Shown here: positions 11,701-23,814 of the stretch, one piece after another
Numbering within the stretch: position 1 is the first letter of the stretch
Layout: each line of letters opens with the position of its first letter
Assembly (NCBI GenBank): GCA_043228905.1
Contig: JBHGNT010000012.1
Coordinates: 6,572,001 to 6,636,000, forward strand
Direction of reading: 5' to 3'
From: Azolla caroliniana
Taxonomy: Eukaryota; Plantae; Polypodiophyta
Length of the DNA stretch: 64,000 nt
Notes under the pieces: model-generated
Database searches by the model: none
What the model saw: the letters and a program-made list of their open reading frames with translations, nothing else
What the model was told of the DNA's origin: nothing
Position numbers and translations under genes: made by a program

Positions 11701-14700
11701 CCAACAAAATGGTTTGGCTGAGAAAAAGAATAGATCCAACCCTCGACAATCCAACCTTGGGTGACGCAAACCATCTTTTTCCTTAACAAAGAAGATGGTG
11801 CACCAACAAGGGATCTAGATTGCCAAAAGACTTTTCGCCAAATTCCCATCAATATAATCTCAAAGAGCCTCAAACTCTAATAGCAAAATATTTAAAATTG
11901 CTCCCGCAGAGGCCCTTTATTTGATTGCAAAGCAATGGGTGAATCATAAGGTTGATGCTCGAGGTATATAATGGCCTTCACACTGTTGAAGACATCTATG
12001 AATGCTTGATATTAGTCATAGTGGGGCCTCTGATAGAGAAAGAGTATAAATTGGGCGCAACGGTAACTCATTCTTTGGTTTTAGATCAATGGGACATTCA
12101 TAAGGTTGATGCTTGAGTGTATTGGCCTTCAATTTGTCGAGACATCTACGAATTCTTGATTCTTGGTCAATAGTACGATCTCTGACTTGTCATCCCTTGT
12201 CGCATAACCTCCGTAGAGAGATTGTAGAGATCCAATGGGGTTCTGAATCAGACTTTGAAGTAACGGTGCACGATCTTTGTGAGACTCCTTAATTACCTGT
12301 TTCCTCCGATCAATCTCTAGCTTATGAAGTCCTCAACATTGTTCTGTAGTCCATGCCAGAATTTGTCCATCAATGCTTCATTCCATGGAATATCGCAAGC
12401 CAAAATGTGAAAATTTGTTGGGCATGCCAAGGCAAGGGAGTCCTCTCGTCAAAATCAGCGAATATTGCTGATTGCCATTGTCATCTATCTGCATCTCCAA
12501 AGCTTACTGAAAATTCCTTGATAAAACTTTCAAAAACTTCCAGCAAAGGAAACTTCTTCTCTAGCAACAATGCAAATCATGTTTGTGTCATCCTGTCAAC
12601 AAAGTTCCAACTAGCCCAACTCAAGTTGCATCGGTTGGATGTTGGACTATGGATGTGAAACACTAGATGCGTCTTGTTTACGAATCATTGAAACCAGGAT
12701 CGAGTACGTCAAATTTTCTTGGTAGTCTGACCTTCAATTCTTTGGATGATGTTGGTTGTCTTGAATAGATTGGAGCTTGAAGTTGATAGGCTTGGTTAAC
12801 TCATCATGTTGTGTCTTTAAGGGAATTGTTGTAAATCTTCCAATTGTTTGTGGTTCTCCTACTCTAGTGCCACGAATTTATTTGTGAGGCACTCCAACTT
12901 AGAGAGAACATGCAAGTACTCTTGCCTGCTAACAACCTCCATGGTGACGAGAACTCCATAAGATTTCACAAGAAAATAAAGAAACAAACAAATATAGGGA
13001 TTCCAGTTCAAACTCTGAGCCAAAGCCAAAAACTAAATTGAATAGGAAAGGAAAATAAGAAGAAAGGGAACATAAACAGAAAAGACTGTGTGGTATGAAA
13101 CAAGGGCAAGATTTACAAAGGTGCATCAAAGATTGGAGTTTCACAGGATGGTTCAGACAATACAATGCCTCTTCTATATATCGTATATCATTGTGTTATG
13201 CATGGGCACCACAGGGCCGTCAAGCATGGTTATCACTTGGCTATTATGCATATATGCCACTTATCAATCATGTACAACTAGGAGATGTTACGGTAACTAT
13301 TCCGCAAGAAGTCACGATACATGAGTGTGTGCCATACTATAATGAAATTATCTTAGTAAAATATTCTATTGATTGAGACTTGGAATATGTACAAAGGAGG
13401 TCATGAGTTTGAGACCCCAAATGCAACAACACATAGTCCCACAGAAATATTAATTCTGGAGCTGCCAAGAATTCAAGACGCCCTTGGAAATTATTTGGGC
13501 CATTTCGGTTCTACATGATCAAGTGACAACTTGAAATATTTGGGAGGGTGCCAACATTCTCCAAAATGCTGAGAATCTACATGGATGAAATCTCCGACTA
13601 TACATTACGAGGTGGGGAAGAGGTAGCCCAATGAATACCATGCTTTACATTGACAACGATATCATGATTTCAAAGTTGCATTAAGTCTACAATGCCATTT
13701 ACAGAAAGGAGGTCATGAGTTTGAGACCCCAAATGCAACAACACAGTCCCACAGAAATATTAATTCTGGAGCTGCCAAGAATTCAAGACGCCCTTGGAAA
13801 TGATTTGGGCCATTTCAGTTCTACATGATCAAGTGACAACTTGAAATATTTGGGAGGGTGCCAACATTCTCCAAAATGCTGAGAATCTACATGGATGAAA
13901 TCTCCGACTATACATTACGAGGTGGGGAAGAGGTAACCCAATGAATACCATGTTTTACATTGACAACGATATCATGATTTCAAAGTTGCATTAAGTCTAC
14001 AATGCCATTTACAGCTCTTCATTGTGGAGAAGAGAATAATGCATTTTATCTAGAGTATGAGAGAGTCGTCACTGGATAGACCCATGTGCAAAGCATTTCC
14101 AGCCTCTAGGCCACTTGCTGAATTACCTGAGAGTGGGTCATGGTACTCACAAGTCAGAGAGTGGTTTATAAGAAATGCATAGGCTAGATGTGGAGAAACT
14201 TGCTCCCTTCTAGTCTGATTCACATTACATCCACCTCCCTCACAATGAGAGAAATACGCAGCTTTGAGTTGTTGGCATTCTCAACGCAGAGAGGATCTTT
14301 CAATGCCCAAAGAGGGCATGGAGAGTGAGGAGCATTTCATCTATAGATGCAAGCCATCAAAGGCATCAAAGGCAGATATGAGGATCTATTCTTCAGATAT
14401 GCTACAGCCCTTCATGAAGTCTAGAGTTCAATCTCAGTTTGGTCACTTCTTATAGGCCATTTTGGCCTCTTAAAAGACGTTAATATATCTTTCTTTGTTT
14501 CTATTTTCCTTTTTCCAAATTCCCAAAATATTCCTCTCTCAACATACCTGAAGTTGCTGAGGAACAAGAAGGAAATTAAAAAACTGGAATGGAATCCATA
14601 TTTTCCAGTTTGTTATGACAGCACTAAGCCAGTCCTATAAACAGAAATATGGAAAAACGATAAGAAAACATTAACAAGATATGTTAAGACATTTGATTAT

Positions 14701-16559
14701 GAAAATAAGAAGAGAGAATATCAAAGAAACACAAAGACGTTTTATATCTACTAACCTGCCTCAATTTTGGAACAATTTCTTTCACATGGCCTTCCAAAAC
14801 CATCAAGGATGAGAAGAATACTCCAATAAACACGGGGGAAAAAATGAACTGAGAAGGGCAGTAATGTTAAAACGGATAACTTCGTCTTCACCAAACTAAA
14901 ATAAAGGACGTACTTTTGCAAAGAAAAATCTTAATGTGCACCTGATCTAGCAGGAGTCTTAGACCAGCTTTAGGTATTCCAGGCCCTGGTACTATTTTGC
15001 TCAAGGAAAGATACCTAGCAAGATAGAAACCATGTATATGTAAATGCACTTACCTAGGATATCTTTACAAGAAAACTCAATACACATTCTTTGTTGACCA
15101 CATAGCTTGGGTGTGGTTGGGAAATACAGAGAAACTAAGGGTTACTTCAGAGTTTTTCCTTAAAAAAGACTTCCAAATTTTGAGGTAACATACCAGAAGT
15201 GAAGAGTGGGAGCAACTAGCACAAAACCAAGCAATGTGAAAATGCTGAGTCGCTTAATGTCTACAGTCTCACGTTTCTCAACAAGCAACTGCATTGCACC
15301 AGTAACTAACTCTGCATAAATTAAGCTTGATCAAAAATTTCTCTCGCGATTAATCGCATAATAGTTTGATTACCTGGGCAACGATATCACCAAACAAAGT
15401 TAGTAAAGCTGAAGTAAAAGCCTTTGTTGCAATTGGATGATTATTGAGCAGCACCAAATACCTATGCATTATCCATCAACCATCAGAAGATTCAAAAAGC
15501 ACACGACTTACAAATCAACTACTCCATTCACGTCCATAGTAATAGCTCAATTAAGAAGAATTCATTTGGGAAAAAGATTATTATCTATAGCCTCTTACAT
15601 GGTTAACTTATTAATGGAAGCTCTGCTTATAGTTCCTGTGTTTTGATTAATTTCCCCAAATACCCCTGATCAACTCCAAAGAGGGAAAACAACGGGATGA
15701 ATCAGTCATACAATATCTTGAATAGCACATATAATGACTTGAGAGGGAGATTGACCAAGGGTATTAGGGGTATAAAATGACAGTGTATTTCAGTTTTTTT
15801 CCCTTTATCAATTATGTTTTGCAGCTAGTTAACTCTAATTTCCTGGATATAGACCAAACTTCAGACATGCGGTTGGAATTTTCTAAACATCCACACATTG
15901 TCTAAGTTGAGAGCTCTCTCTTATGTGTCCAGAATACAAATTCAATACATATGCATATTTCTATGTATTCAAGTGCACACACACATATATACAGACATAC
16001 ATACATACATAATGTATAGAAATGCACATTCGCGTACATATGCATATGTCTATGTATACATGTAGACACACACACACATATACATAAGTGTACATAACAC
16101 AAACAAATACACGTACATGAGGCACCAAAGACATATTCACAGGCAAACCATACACGCATGAGTGAAACAATGGCTTTACCAGGAAAAGATAGATTTGGGA
16201 GGAGTATCATCTCCATTGTTGAAGCTACCATCTCCTCCACCGTTACCATCACCATTGCCATCACCATTGCCGTTACCATTACCATTACCATGGTCATCCC
16301 CACCTTCAGCTCTCACCTGGAACTTCCCGCTTACTGTGACGACACCACGTCTGTGAGATGCAGACACCTTCTGGGGAGAAAGGCAGTTCCAGGAGGCGAT
16401 AGGGGGGTAAGGGTAAGCCGGAGAGATGGCGAGGCGGGCGAGAGAGGAAGGGAAGCATCTGGAGGGAGAAGGAGGAGGAGGAGGAGGAGGAGGAGAAGGG
16501 AAGCGAGGAAGCTTGAGAGCACGGTTCGTGGTGCAGGCCCTCGCCATAGCCATAGCCAT
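5934..16559 (-). CDS. Mpv17/PMP22 (SYM1-like) family membrane protein with plastid transit peptide and Gly-rich linker, about 306 aa
   Basis: Exons with GT-AG introns and consistent phases: 16559-16180, 15461-15374, 15288-15194, 15014-14942, 14848-14756, 14634-14548, 6038-5934. Spliced protein contains WYLVLLNNHPIATKAFTSALLTLFGDIVAQ, PTLHFWY, RLLLDQFIFSPVF and NWKIWIPFQFFNFLLVPQQLQVLAANVIALAWNTYLS, which are Mpv17/PMP22 motifs. It resembles my recollection of Arabidopsis At5g19750. Confidence 0.93.
6067..6125. repeat. (CT)n/(GA)n microsatellite
   Basis: About 29 perfect dinucleotide units, ending 28 nt from the last splice acceptor of the Mpv17 gene. Confidence 0.97.
6128..6343 (-). repeat. 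About 215-bp dispersed repeat, copy 1 (possible SINE body)
   Basis: Colinear with 24329-24545. Both copies abut a (CT)n tract at the same end. Confidence 0.85.
6358..8749 (+). mobile_element. 5'-truncated, decayed RTE/RTEX-like LINE (RT, C-terminal Cys/His motif, (CTTT)n tail)
   Basis: RT motifs IVPILKSGD..NYRTI, QAGF, FVDFRKAFDTV, GVKPGCPLSPTLF and LLYVDD; C-terminal CxxC..ESEEHYVCHC; stops and frameshifts; 3' end TTTTGGCCTCTTAAAAGACGTTAATATATC(TTTC)n. Confidence 0.9.
8750..9035 (+). mobile_element. Two additional tandem copies of the same LINE 3' tail
   Basis: Tail motif recurs at about 8755-8815 and about 8910-9030. The 3' UTR segment AAAACCAGATTCCCTCAT recurs near 8842. Confidence 0.85.
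9044..9720 (-). mobile_element. Copia fragment (RNase H end, PPT, putative 3' LTR 9044-9441) containing a LINE-tail insertion at about 9189-9336
   Basis: - strand reads FHGRTKHIEVHYHFVREL..CPTQENVADLFTKPL, then purine tract AGAGGAGG and TG. The inverted LINE tail is flanked by TGTAGGAAGA at 9179-9188 and 9337-9346 (putative TSD). Confidence 0.75.
9985..10745 (+). mobile_element. Gypsy chromovirus 3' fragment (integrase C-terminus, chromodomain, partial LTR)
   Basis: FHVSRLKP followed by PEQILDSRTKRLRSKEIQLFKIKWMDKPIDDATWE (chromodomain-like), then a purine-rich tract and TGTTATG at 10275. Confidence 0.7.
10746..11735 (+). mobile_element. Copia RT fragment (Tnt1/Tork-like) joined to a Copia integrase fragment
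   Basis: WELAMQEE, KWVYKIK, YKARLVAKGY, QMDVKTVFLHGDL and SLYGLKQ; then TDRGG..EYMSQEFNAFL..QQNGLAEKKNR at about 11600-11735. Confidence 0.9.
11736..13321 (-). mobile_element. Decayed Ty3/Gypsy element (putative 5' LTR 12942-13321, PBS, gag, RT N-terminus), Tcn1/chromovirus-like
   Basis: - strand gag remnant KVRLPRKFD..WFQ.FVN and FALLLEKKFPLLEVFESFIKEFSVSFGDAD; pre-RT QEFVDV..KANTL.KHQPYECPIDL; RT start EAL.DYIDGNLAK..SRSLVGAP.FFVKEKDG; TG..CA segment followed by TGGAGGTT (PBS-like). Confidence 0.7.
13393..14500 (+). mobile_element. Highly decayed second RTE/RTEX-like LINE with an internal 312-bp tandem duplication (13393-14014)
   Basis: The duplicated block encodes a degenerate GCQHSP..IYMDEISDY RT-like segment. 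Downstream are MESEEHFIYRCK and the family 3' tail at about 14447-14500. Confidence 0.75.
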
Positions 16560-16751
16560 AGCCACAGCTACAGCCAATTGGCCTTCTTCTTCTTTCTTCT
16601 TCTTGCTTCTTCTTCTTTCTTCGTTCTTCTTTCTTCTTCTTTATTCTTCTTTCTTTTGAAATCCCAAGGGAATGAGAATGTTGGTCTTGTGCCCCCCCCC
16701 CCACCAACAAACACTTTTCCGTGGGTCGTCCCGTGACCCGTCCATCCGTAA

Positions 16752-17259
16752 CAATCGGCAACGGTTCGGTTCGAGAGTGTCAAAACCGAACCGTTTCAAA
16801 TTTTTGAAACTTGACCTGACCCTGAACCGAACCGAACTACGAAAACCGTTAAAAAACATTTCAAACCCTTAAAACCACGGTTTCATGGCTCCGTTTCGGG
16901 TTTTTTTTTTTTCCCCCCCTAAAAAATATCCTCCATTGGTATTAAAATTAAAGGAAACTATATACATATATTGTGTTGCATCTGTTCAAAACTAATACAA
17001 CCCCTCCTCGGTTTAAATGGTTCGGTTTCGGTTTTCAACTTAAGTCTTTTACATTTTCAAAATTTTGAAGATTTTCCTAAAATGTGAGAATAAGGTTTGA
17101 AATTTTAATTTTTAATTTTAATTTTTAATTTTAAAATAAATTTAAAAAAATCGTTTAAACCGCGGTTTCTAACTGTTGAAACCGAACCATTTAAACCGTT
17201 AAGCCATTAATTCATGGTTTTGCGGTTCGGTTCGATTCAAACCGAATCGTTGCCGATTG
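16752..17259. mobile_element. MITE / non-autonomous DNA transposon (hAT-like) with 20-bp TIRs
   Basis: Left CAATCGGCAACGGTTCGGTT and right AACCGAATCGTTGCCGATTG (1 mismatch), many subterminal AACCG/CGGTT motifs and an AT-rich core. No clean 8-bp TSD. Confidence 0.85.
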
Positions 17260-18293
17260 GTATCCATCGGTTGGTTGGTTGGTCAATTGGCCATATGATC
17301 AGTCTATAAGTCAGTGAGTTGGCCAGTCAATTTATTGATTGGCTAGTCAATTGGTCGATTAGTTGGGCGGATAGTCGATTTGTCGATTGGCAGGTCAGTT
17401 GGTTGGGTCGATTGATTGATTGCCCAAGTCGGTCGACCTTTCATTCACCATATCTAACCAATTATTACACCCCCTTGATAAAAATATCACATCCATGCTT
17501 ATCAATGGCCTCGCTTGATCAATCCCATTGACCAAATAATACCCTGTGTCAACCTACCAAGCTGAATAGATACCCTACTACTCGGGCACAACCACTAAAG
17601 TAGTGTCGCCATCGTACATACCCTTGAGTTGCCTCCATCGACAATCGTATGCCTTGCATAAACAACCCTCCTCGGGGTGATCTGCCTAATTCTCACTATT
17701 TCAATTGCACTTGTCGTTCCATCACATATGTTGTTGGCCTTCTTTCGATATATTCTTCATTTAGGGTGTTAATTGAAACAACCTAGAACAACTGATTTTT
17801 ATTTATTTTTTGCTATTTCATGGTTTGAACGTTTTGATAATGTAAGCACATTTTCTTCTTTTGTATACATGTTGGAAATCACCATACTATCCTAGTCAAT
17901 CACAACATTACAATTGACCAATCATAGTAGTACCATGGTCAAGGAAATGGTAAGACGTACAAACTGCTCAAACACCTTATATCACATTTTGTGGTCCCAA
18001 AGTTCGATATTGAGTCTTTATTCTTCTTTGTATATATTGTATTGCCAATATTTCCAACCCCCTTGCATGAAGGAGTTTTGAATAGATGGAATATAAATAG
18101 TCAAGGATGAAAGCTCTTAATTCAAAATAAAAAACATAACATTGTTTTATATCAAATAGAACAATATTCCCATCCACATCCCCCCTGGGTAGAGTCACTT
18201 CCACGCATAGTAAAGACATGTAACATGAATGAAAATCAAGAAATTCACTACTAATTAAGGTTATAAATACCAAGAGCAACAATATATACAGTA

Positions 18294-18332
18294 TGTAAAG
18301 AAATGGAGAGTGCAGATGACCTTGTGCAACAG

Positions 18333-18369
<37 letters not shown>

Positions 18370-21297
18370 CGTGCGTGTGTAAGACAAACAGAGACAAAGA
18401 ACAAAAAGCTATATTAGCAAGAGATAAAATTACATCCAATAGTAACTTGGTTACAAAAGAGTCGGTTTAAATACTAACTAGCTTAGGGCAACTGCCTTTC
18501 TACTATTTACAAAACTAGCATGAACCTAGAGTGTCTATTGCTAGTGTGAAAGCCATTGCATTGGGGAAGTTGGGTTTGATTCTCAACACGCCCCTTCAAA
18601 CACAACTTTTGGTCGTTGGAAGGTCGTATTGCTGTTTGGTTCATTTCGGCTTTCTGAAATCCTCGGGTCTATGTCCGCATCGTCGAACGGATCGGCTTCC
18701 TACCTCAACTGCTCCTTTGGTTGTCTTTGATAGACTGATTGGTTGTTATTTGGTTGTTGCGTTGTGCTCATCATTGTACTCCCCCTCAAGCTCAGCAATG
18801 TGGCTATCGTTAGGCCAAGGTCCAACATGAATTGCCTGAGCTTGTCAACTCCTAAGGCTTTTGTGAAGATGTCGGCAACCTAAAGGTTCATGTTGATGTA
18901 TTGTAGGTCAACAGCTCCAGCCTGAACGCAATCTCAGATGAAGTGGTAGTGCACTTCGATATGCTTCGTGCGCGCATGGAACACCAAGTTCCGAGCCAAA
19001 TGAATATTGCTCATGTTGTCACAGTACAAGAGAATCGGATCCTTGATGGGAACACTTAGATCCTTCAATATTCTTTTCAGCCAAACGGCTTCACATGCTG
19101 TGATAGCCACACCCCTATATTTAGCTTCTATGCTCGACAGTGTGAGTGTCAACTGCTTTTTGCTACTCCAAGAGATGGCTCTACTACCGAGGGAGAAGAC
19201 GAATCCTGAAGTGGATTGTCAGTTGGCCTTGTAGCCGGCCCACTATGCATCTGTGTACCCTTCGAATCGAACGACCGTGTTCAACTTATACATGATGTTG
19301 TAATCCATCGTCCCACTAACGTACATGAGTACTCTCTTAGCGTAATCCTGACGAATATCTCGAGGCTGCTACATGAACTGGCTAAGTAGACCGACTGAAT
19401 AGTTGAGGTCGAGACATGTGATGGTAAGATAGATTAAGCTACCGACCAACTGACGATATTGAGTCGGCTTGCACTCTTCTGTTCTTGAATCGGCATCAAG
19501 CTTGAGGTTTTGATCGAGAGGGGTTGTATCACACTCTGTCATCTTGAACTTGTAAAGCAAGTTGAGGGTGTAGTGTCGTTGGGAGATCATGATCCCGACT
19601 TGTGTCCGAATTACTTCTATACCGAGGAAGTAATGGAGCTCCTGCATGTCTTTCATTTCAAATCTGTCAGACATAAGTGATTTAACCTTATTAACGTCGA
19701 CTAAATTCTTTCCTTCGATGACCCGATCATCCACCTACAAGATGATGACGATCAGGATTTTGGAATTGCTTCTTACGTAGAGGGAGTTGTCCGATTTCGA
19801 CATTCAGAAGCCGATTTGGTGAAGATATTGAGTAATCTTCGAGTGCCAAGTACATAGTGCTTGCTTGAGTTCATACAAAAACTTCTTGAGTCGACAAACT
19901 ACGGTCGGATGATTGGTCGATTCGAAACTAGGTGGTTTGAATCATGAACACCTCCTCTTCTAATTCGTCTCAAAGAAAGGCGTTATTCAAGTCCATTTGA
20001 TGGAGATGCCACCCTCTAGCAACTGCGAGTGCATTGATTGTCTGAACAGTCGTCATCTTTGCCATCGGGGCAAATATCTCCTTGTAATCGACTCCATACA
20101 TTTGAGCATATCCTTTTGCTACAAGTCATGCTTTGTAGCGATTTATTGAACCATCAACATTATATTTTACTTGGTAGATCCACCTGCAACCAATTGCTTT
20201 CTTGTGCAGTGAGTGGGGGACGAGATCACACGTCTCGTTCTTGCATAGCTCCTGCATTTCCTCGTTCATGGCTTCGACCCATCGTGGATCCTTGGTTGCT
20301 TCAAAAAATGTTTCCAGTTCTCAAATTGTCGCCACCTTCATCATAAAGGCATAGTGATATGTTATGTAGTCATTGTGGCCGAATCGGCTAACCAGGTTCT
20401 TCTCTCAGGTGGAGTGATGGAGTTTCTCATTTGTTGCAACTATGGCTTTCTTAACTCCATTCGTCCGAATAATTGGAGCATCAAGGCCTTCGAACTCACT
20501 ATCGAGTGAGTGAGTTGATTCATTATCGTTTGGATCTTCATATTCCGGCATCTTGGCCTTCCCTTTGTCCATCTTCAGACTCAGTCGAGATGCGCTTTGA
20601 TTGCTCAGAGGCTCTTCAAGTCCACTCAACCTGGTTGTAGTTGGACTTTCTTCGAACATGTGCCTCAACTGATTGTCCTCTTCTATCTCTTGGTTGGCCG
20701 AGTTCAGTTCAACTGGGGTTTGAGTTGTCTCTAGTTCGTACCATGATGTCAACTCATCGAAAATGGCGTCCCGACTCACTCGAACTTTTCGGGTAGGTGG
20801 ATTATAACACTTGTATCCCTTTTGTTCGAGTGAGTACCCTATGAGGATACATTTCTCCGACTTAGGATCAAGCTTTTGTTGTTTTTTGTCAAGAATATGT
20901 ACATAAGCAATTGAACCGAATATCCTGATGTGGGATAAATCCGGCTTCTTTCCGAAGAACATCTCATGGGGTGTGACACATCACAGTTGAGCAAGTTTTG
21001 ATCAGACTACCACACGCTTTGATAACATGTAAAGAAATGGAGAGTGCAGATGATCTTGTGCAGTGGAAGGAACTGTGTGTGTGTGTGTAAGACAAACAGA
21101 GACAAAGAACAAGAAGTTATATTAGCAAGAGATAAAATTACATCCAACAATAACTTGGTTACAAAACGGTTGGTTTAAATACCAACTAGCTTAGGGCAAC
21201 TGCCCTTTCTACTATTTACAAAACTAGCCTGAACCTAGAGTGTTTGTTGCTAGTGTGAAAGCCATTGCATTGGGGAAGTTGTGTTTGATTCTCAACA
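18294..21297 (-). mobile_element. Internally deleted Copia LTR retrotransposon with both LTRs
   Basis: LTRs 21028-21297 and 18294-18588 (TGTTGAGAATCAAAC..CTTTACA); PBS TGTTATCAAAGC (degenerate iMet); PPT TTTGAAGGGGCG; TSD CAGTA/CAATA. Retains integrase C-terminus, RT and RNase H (FHARTKHIEVHYHF); gag, protease and integrase core are missing. Confidence 0.93.
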
Positions 21298-23814
21298 CAA
21301 TAGTCTATAGAGCTCATGTTCAAACAAGGCATAATTGTCTTCAACCAAAGAATCAAATCCATTAACCCATGTTGTTTAAATAGTATTTGTGATGTATATT
21401 CTTGTCAGATTGTTGATCGTGGAAAAGCTTGATATAGCAAGAACAAGTCGACAATGAACTTGAATATATATATATATTATAAATTTTTGTTGAATGAACT
21501 TGATTACAATGCTTGATAAATGATACCTCAATACAAGGCATGACAACATAAGGGATTTTGATATAAGATTACACTACAATAAAATACCTGCATGCATGAA
21601 TGGATAACCTAAAAGCTCAAGATCTCAAATGACACTGGCTCACATTAGTGTAAACAAGAGGGCTTGGAGAAATATAGTACTACACGCCACATTAAAATAA
21701 GCATAATGAGAATCTTCTACAAGAAAGCAAAAGGGAGGGTAGAACCTATAATCAAACGAGTTCTAGAATATTCTAGAAAAGTTTAGGGTCTTTCATGTTT
21801 TTGACAAGACCTATTTATGAAAGGCAATACGAGCTCAAAGCTAAGTTTGGGTTGAGAAAGCAACACATAGTTGAGCCCATAACTATTGAACACTTCTTCG
21901 ACCAATAAAGTATCTCATGTTAGGTAAACTCCACAAAGTATAATAGGAACCCCTTTTATTCCCATAGCCATCCTCTATTTTTCTAGGCAAATTTGTGTTC
22001 TTTTCTAGTATTCCTTGGCATCACTCTTAAGTCACGAATGGTGAACAAAAAGTGTGTGTCTTTGAATAAGAAAATAAAAGCTTTTCTGATTCAATATTTT
22101 GCCTACTATGGTTTGTATATGTGTAAGGCAATGTTGTATTGTGTTCAAAACTAGTATAACATAAATAAATTACAAAGCCATGTATGATACACAATCACTT
22201 CAAACACTTTTTCGACTCAATGTTTTGCATAGTATCGTTCATTAGCAATTTTGTTTACATTACAATATAAAGGCAAAAAGCAATTATTTCAAAGCCAAAA
22301 TCTCAATGGTTTTTTATTTGTGAGCATGACATGCAATGCTTCATGTTGTTTTTTGAGTTATTTTGGCAATGTCTTGCTTGTTACACTCTATCTCTCATGG
22401 TGTGTAAAGTTTACACTTCTCGATTTGCATAAATATTTTGGTTCCTTGGTGCTTTTCTATTTTACCATTTCCTTGTGACATGCAAGGTTTGAACTTGTAC
22501 GTTTCAAATGAAAGCCATCCGAATACAATGCTTGTACTTTCTAAGATGGATGTTATACATGAAAACAAAACATTTAAAGGAAAGTTAATTAGAATGCTCA
22601 AGCTACACAAATCTCAATTGTCTTCTTCTTTGCATTTGTTTGTAAGATGGGCCTAATAAAAGCTAGTGCTTGTTAAATCTTGGCGGCTTTTTTTCTTTTT
22701 GATCCTCGATGGGTCTTATTACACAATGGGTAGGAAAATGCATCACATTGTGGATGAAGAAAACCCTTTGACACCTCAGGTTTCATATGAATCATAGTGG
22801 ATAGCATACTCCCTCCCTCTCTCTCAACAGCTAATGAAAACAAAAGAGGATTTCCTCTTCCACCCTAGATGATTTCCAATAAAGGTACTCCAAGCACAAG
22901 ATGGTGGGCCTAGATATAAATAAGAAAACGAAACTAGTGTGAATCCACCTTTTGAAGTATGAGACTTTCGGTTGAGTCAAAACGTTCCTCTTCTTTCCTT
23001 TTGCAATAGGGTGGTTCTTGTGGCTCAACAAGTAGAATTCCTGCTTTGCAATGAGAGTTGCCAATGAGCCAAGTTGCGGATTTGGAAGAGGCATTGACAA
23101 GGCTAGCGTTTGAACCTAATTAAATGTGATCATTACTACATTTGCATAAATGCTCATGAAAATTGGTGGTAAACCGTAAGTTATCTTTGTGTAAAAGTTC
23201 CTACACTTCATAGAAACTTAATGTTAATATAGCTAACACTTTAGACAATTATTTCCAATGGAATAATTGTGGTTTTTGTATGAAATACAACAAATAGGTA
23301 CATTAAAAACATGAGTACAGTATGTGTATATACGCACATAAAACTACAAAAACATTCGTTGTACTGAAAAGAGATATTGACTTGTTGGCAATTATTGAGA
23401 AAAAGGTTTTGGAGTGCCAAGGAACATGCGAGTGAGTGCATGAGTGACTTCACTCTATAATGGGGTCATAGTGTGGATTTTTCTCACCTATGCATTCAGT
23501 GCCATGGTTTTGCGAGAGTGTGTTCACCAAGGAGAGCGTAGGTTGAATCACATAGTATGGCTTCTTCTTGCCACACCATACTTAACCACGTGTTATTGTG
23601 CACTCGTGGGGTTGCAGATCCTCCCACTCAGAATCCAAACCTCTTGTAGCCGATGGTACTTAACTAATGGATTGTCTCTTATAATGCATTTAGCTTACCC
23701 TAGTGGTTAAGTTTAAAAGTTAGACTATTAAATAGTCTACCCTAAGTGTTGGGTTTGAGACCCAATTTTCTCACCTCTCTATTACTTCGTGGAGATCCTC
23801 TTAATTTAATAGAG

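Noticed and set aside
16158-16761. Several overlapping ORFs of 130-190 aa
   Set aside because: Alternative frames and antisense of the GC-rich, repeat-containing Mpv17 exon 1 and its 5' UTR.
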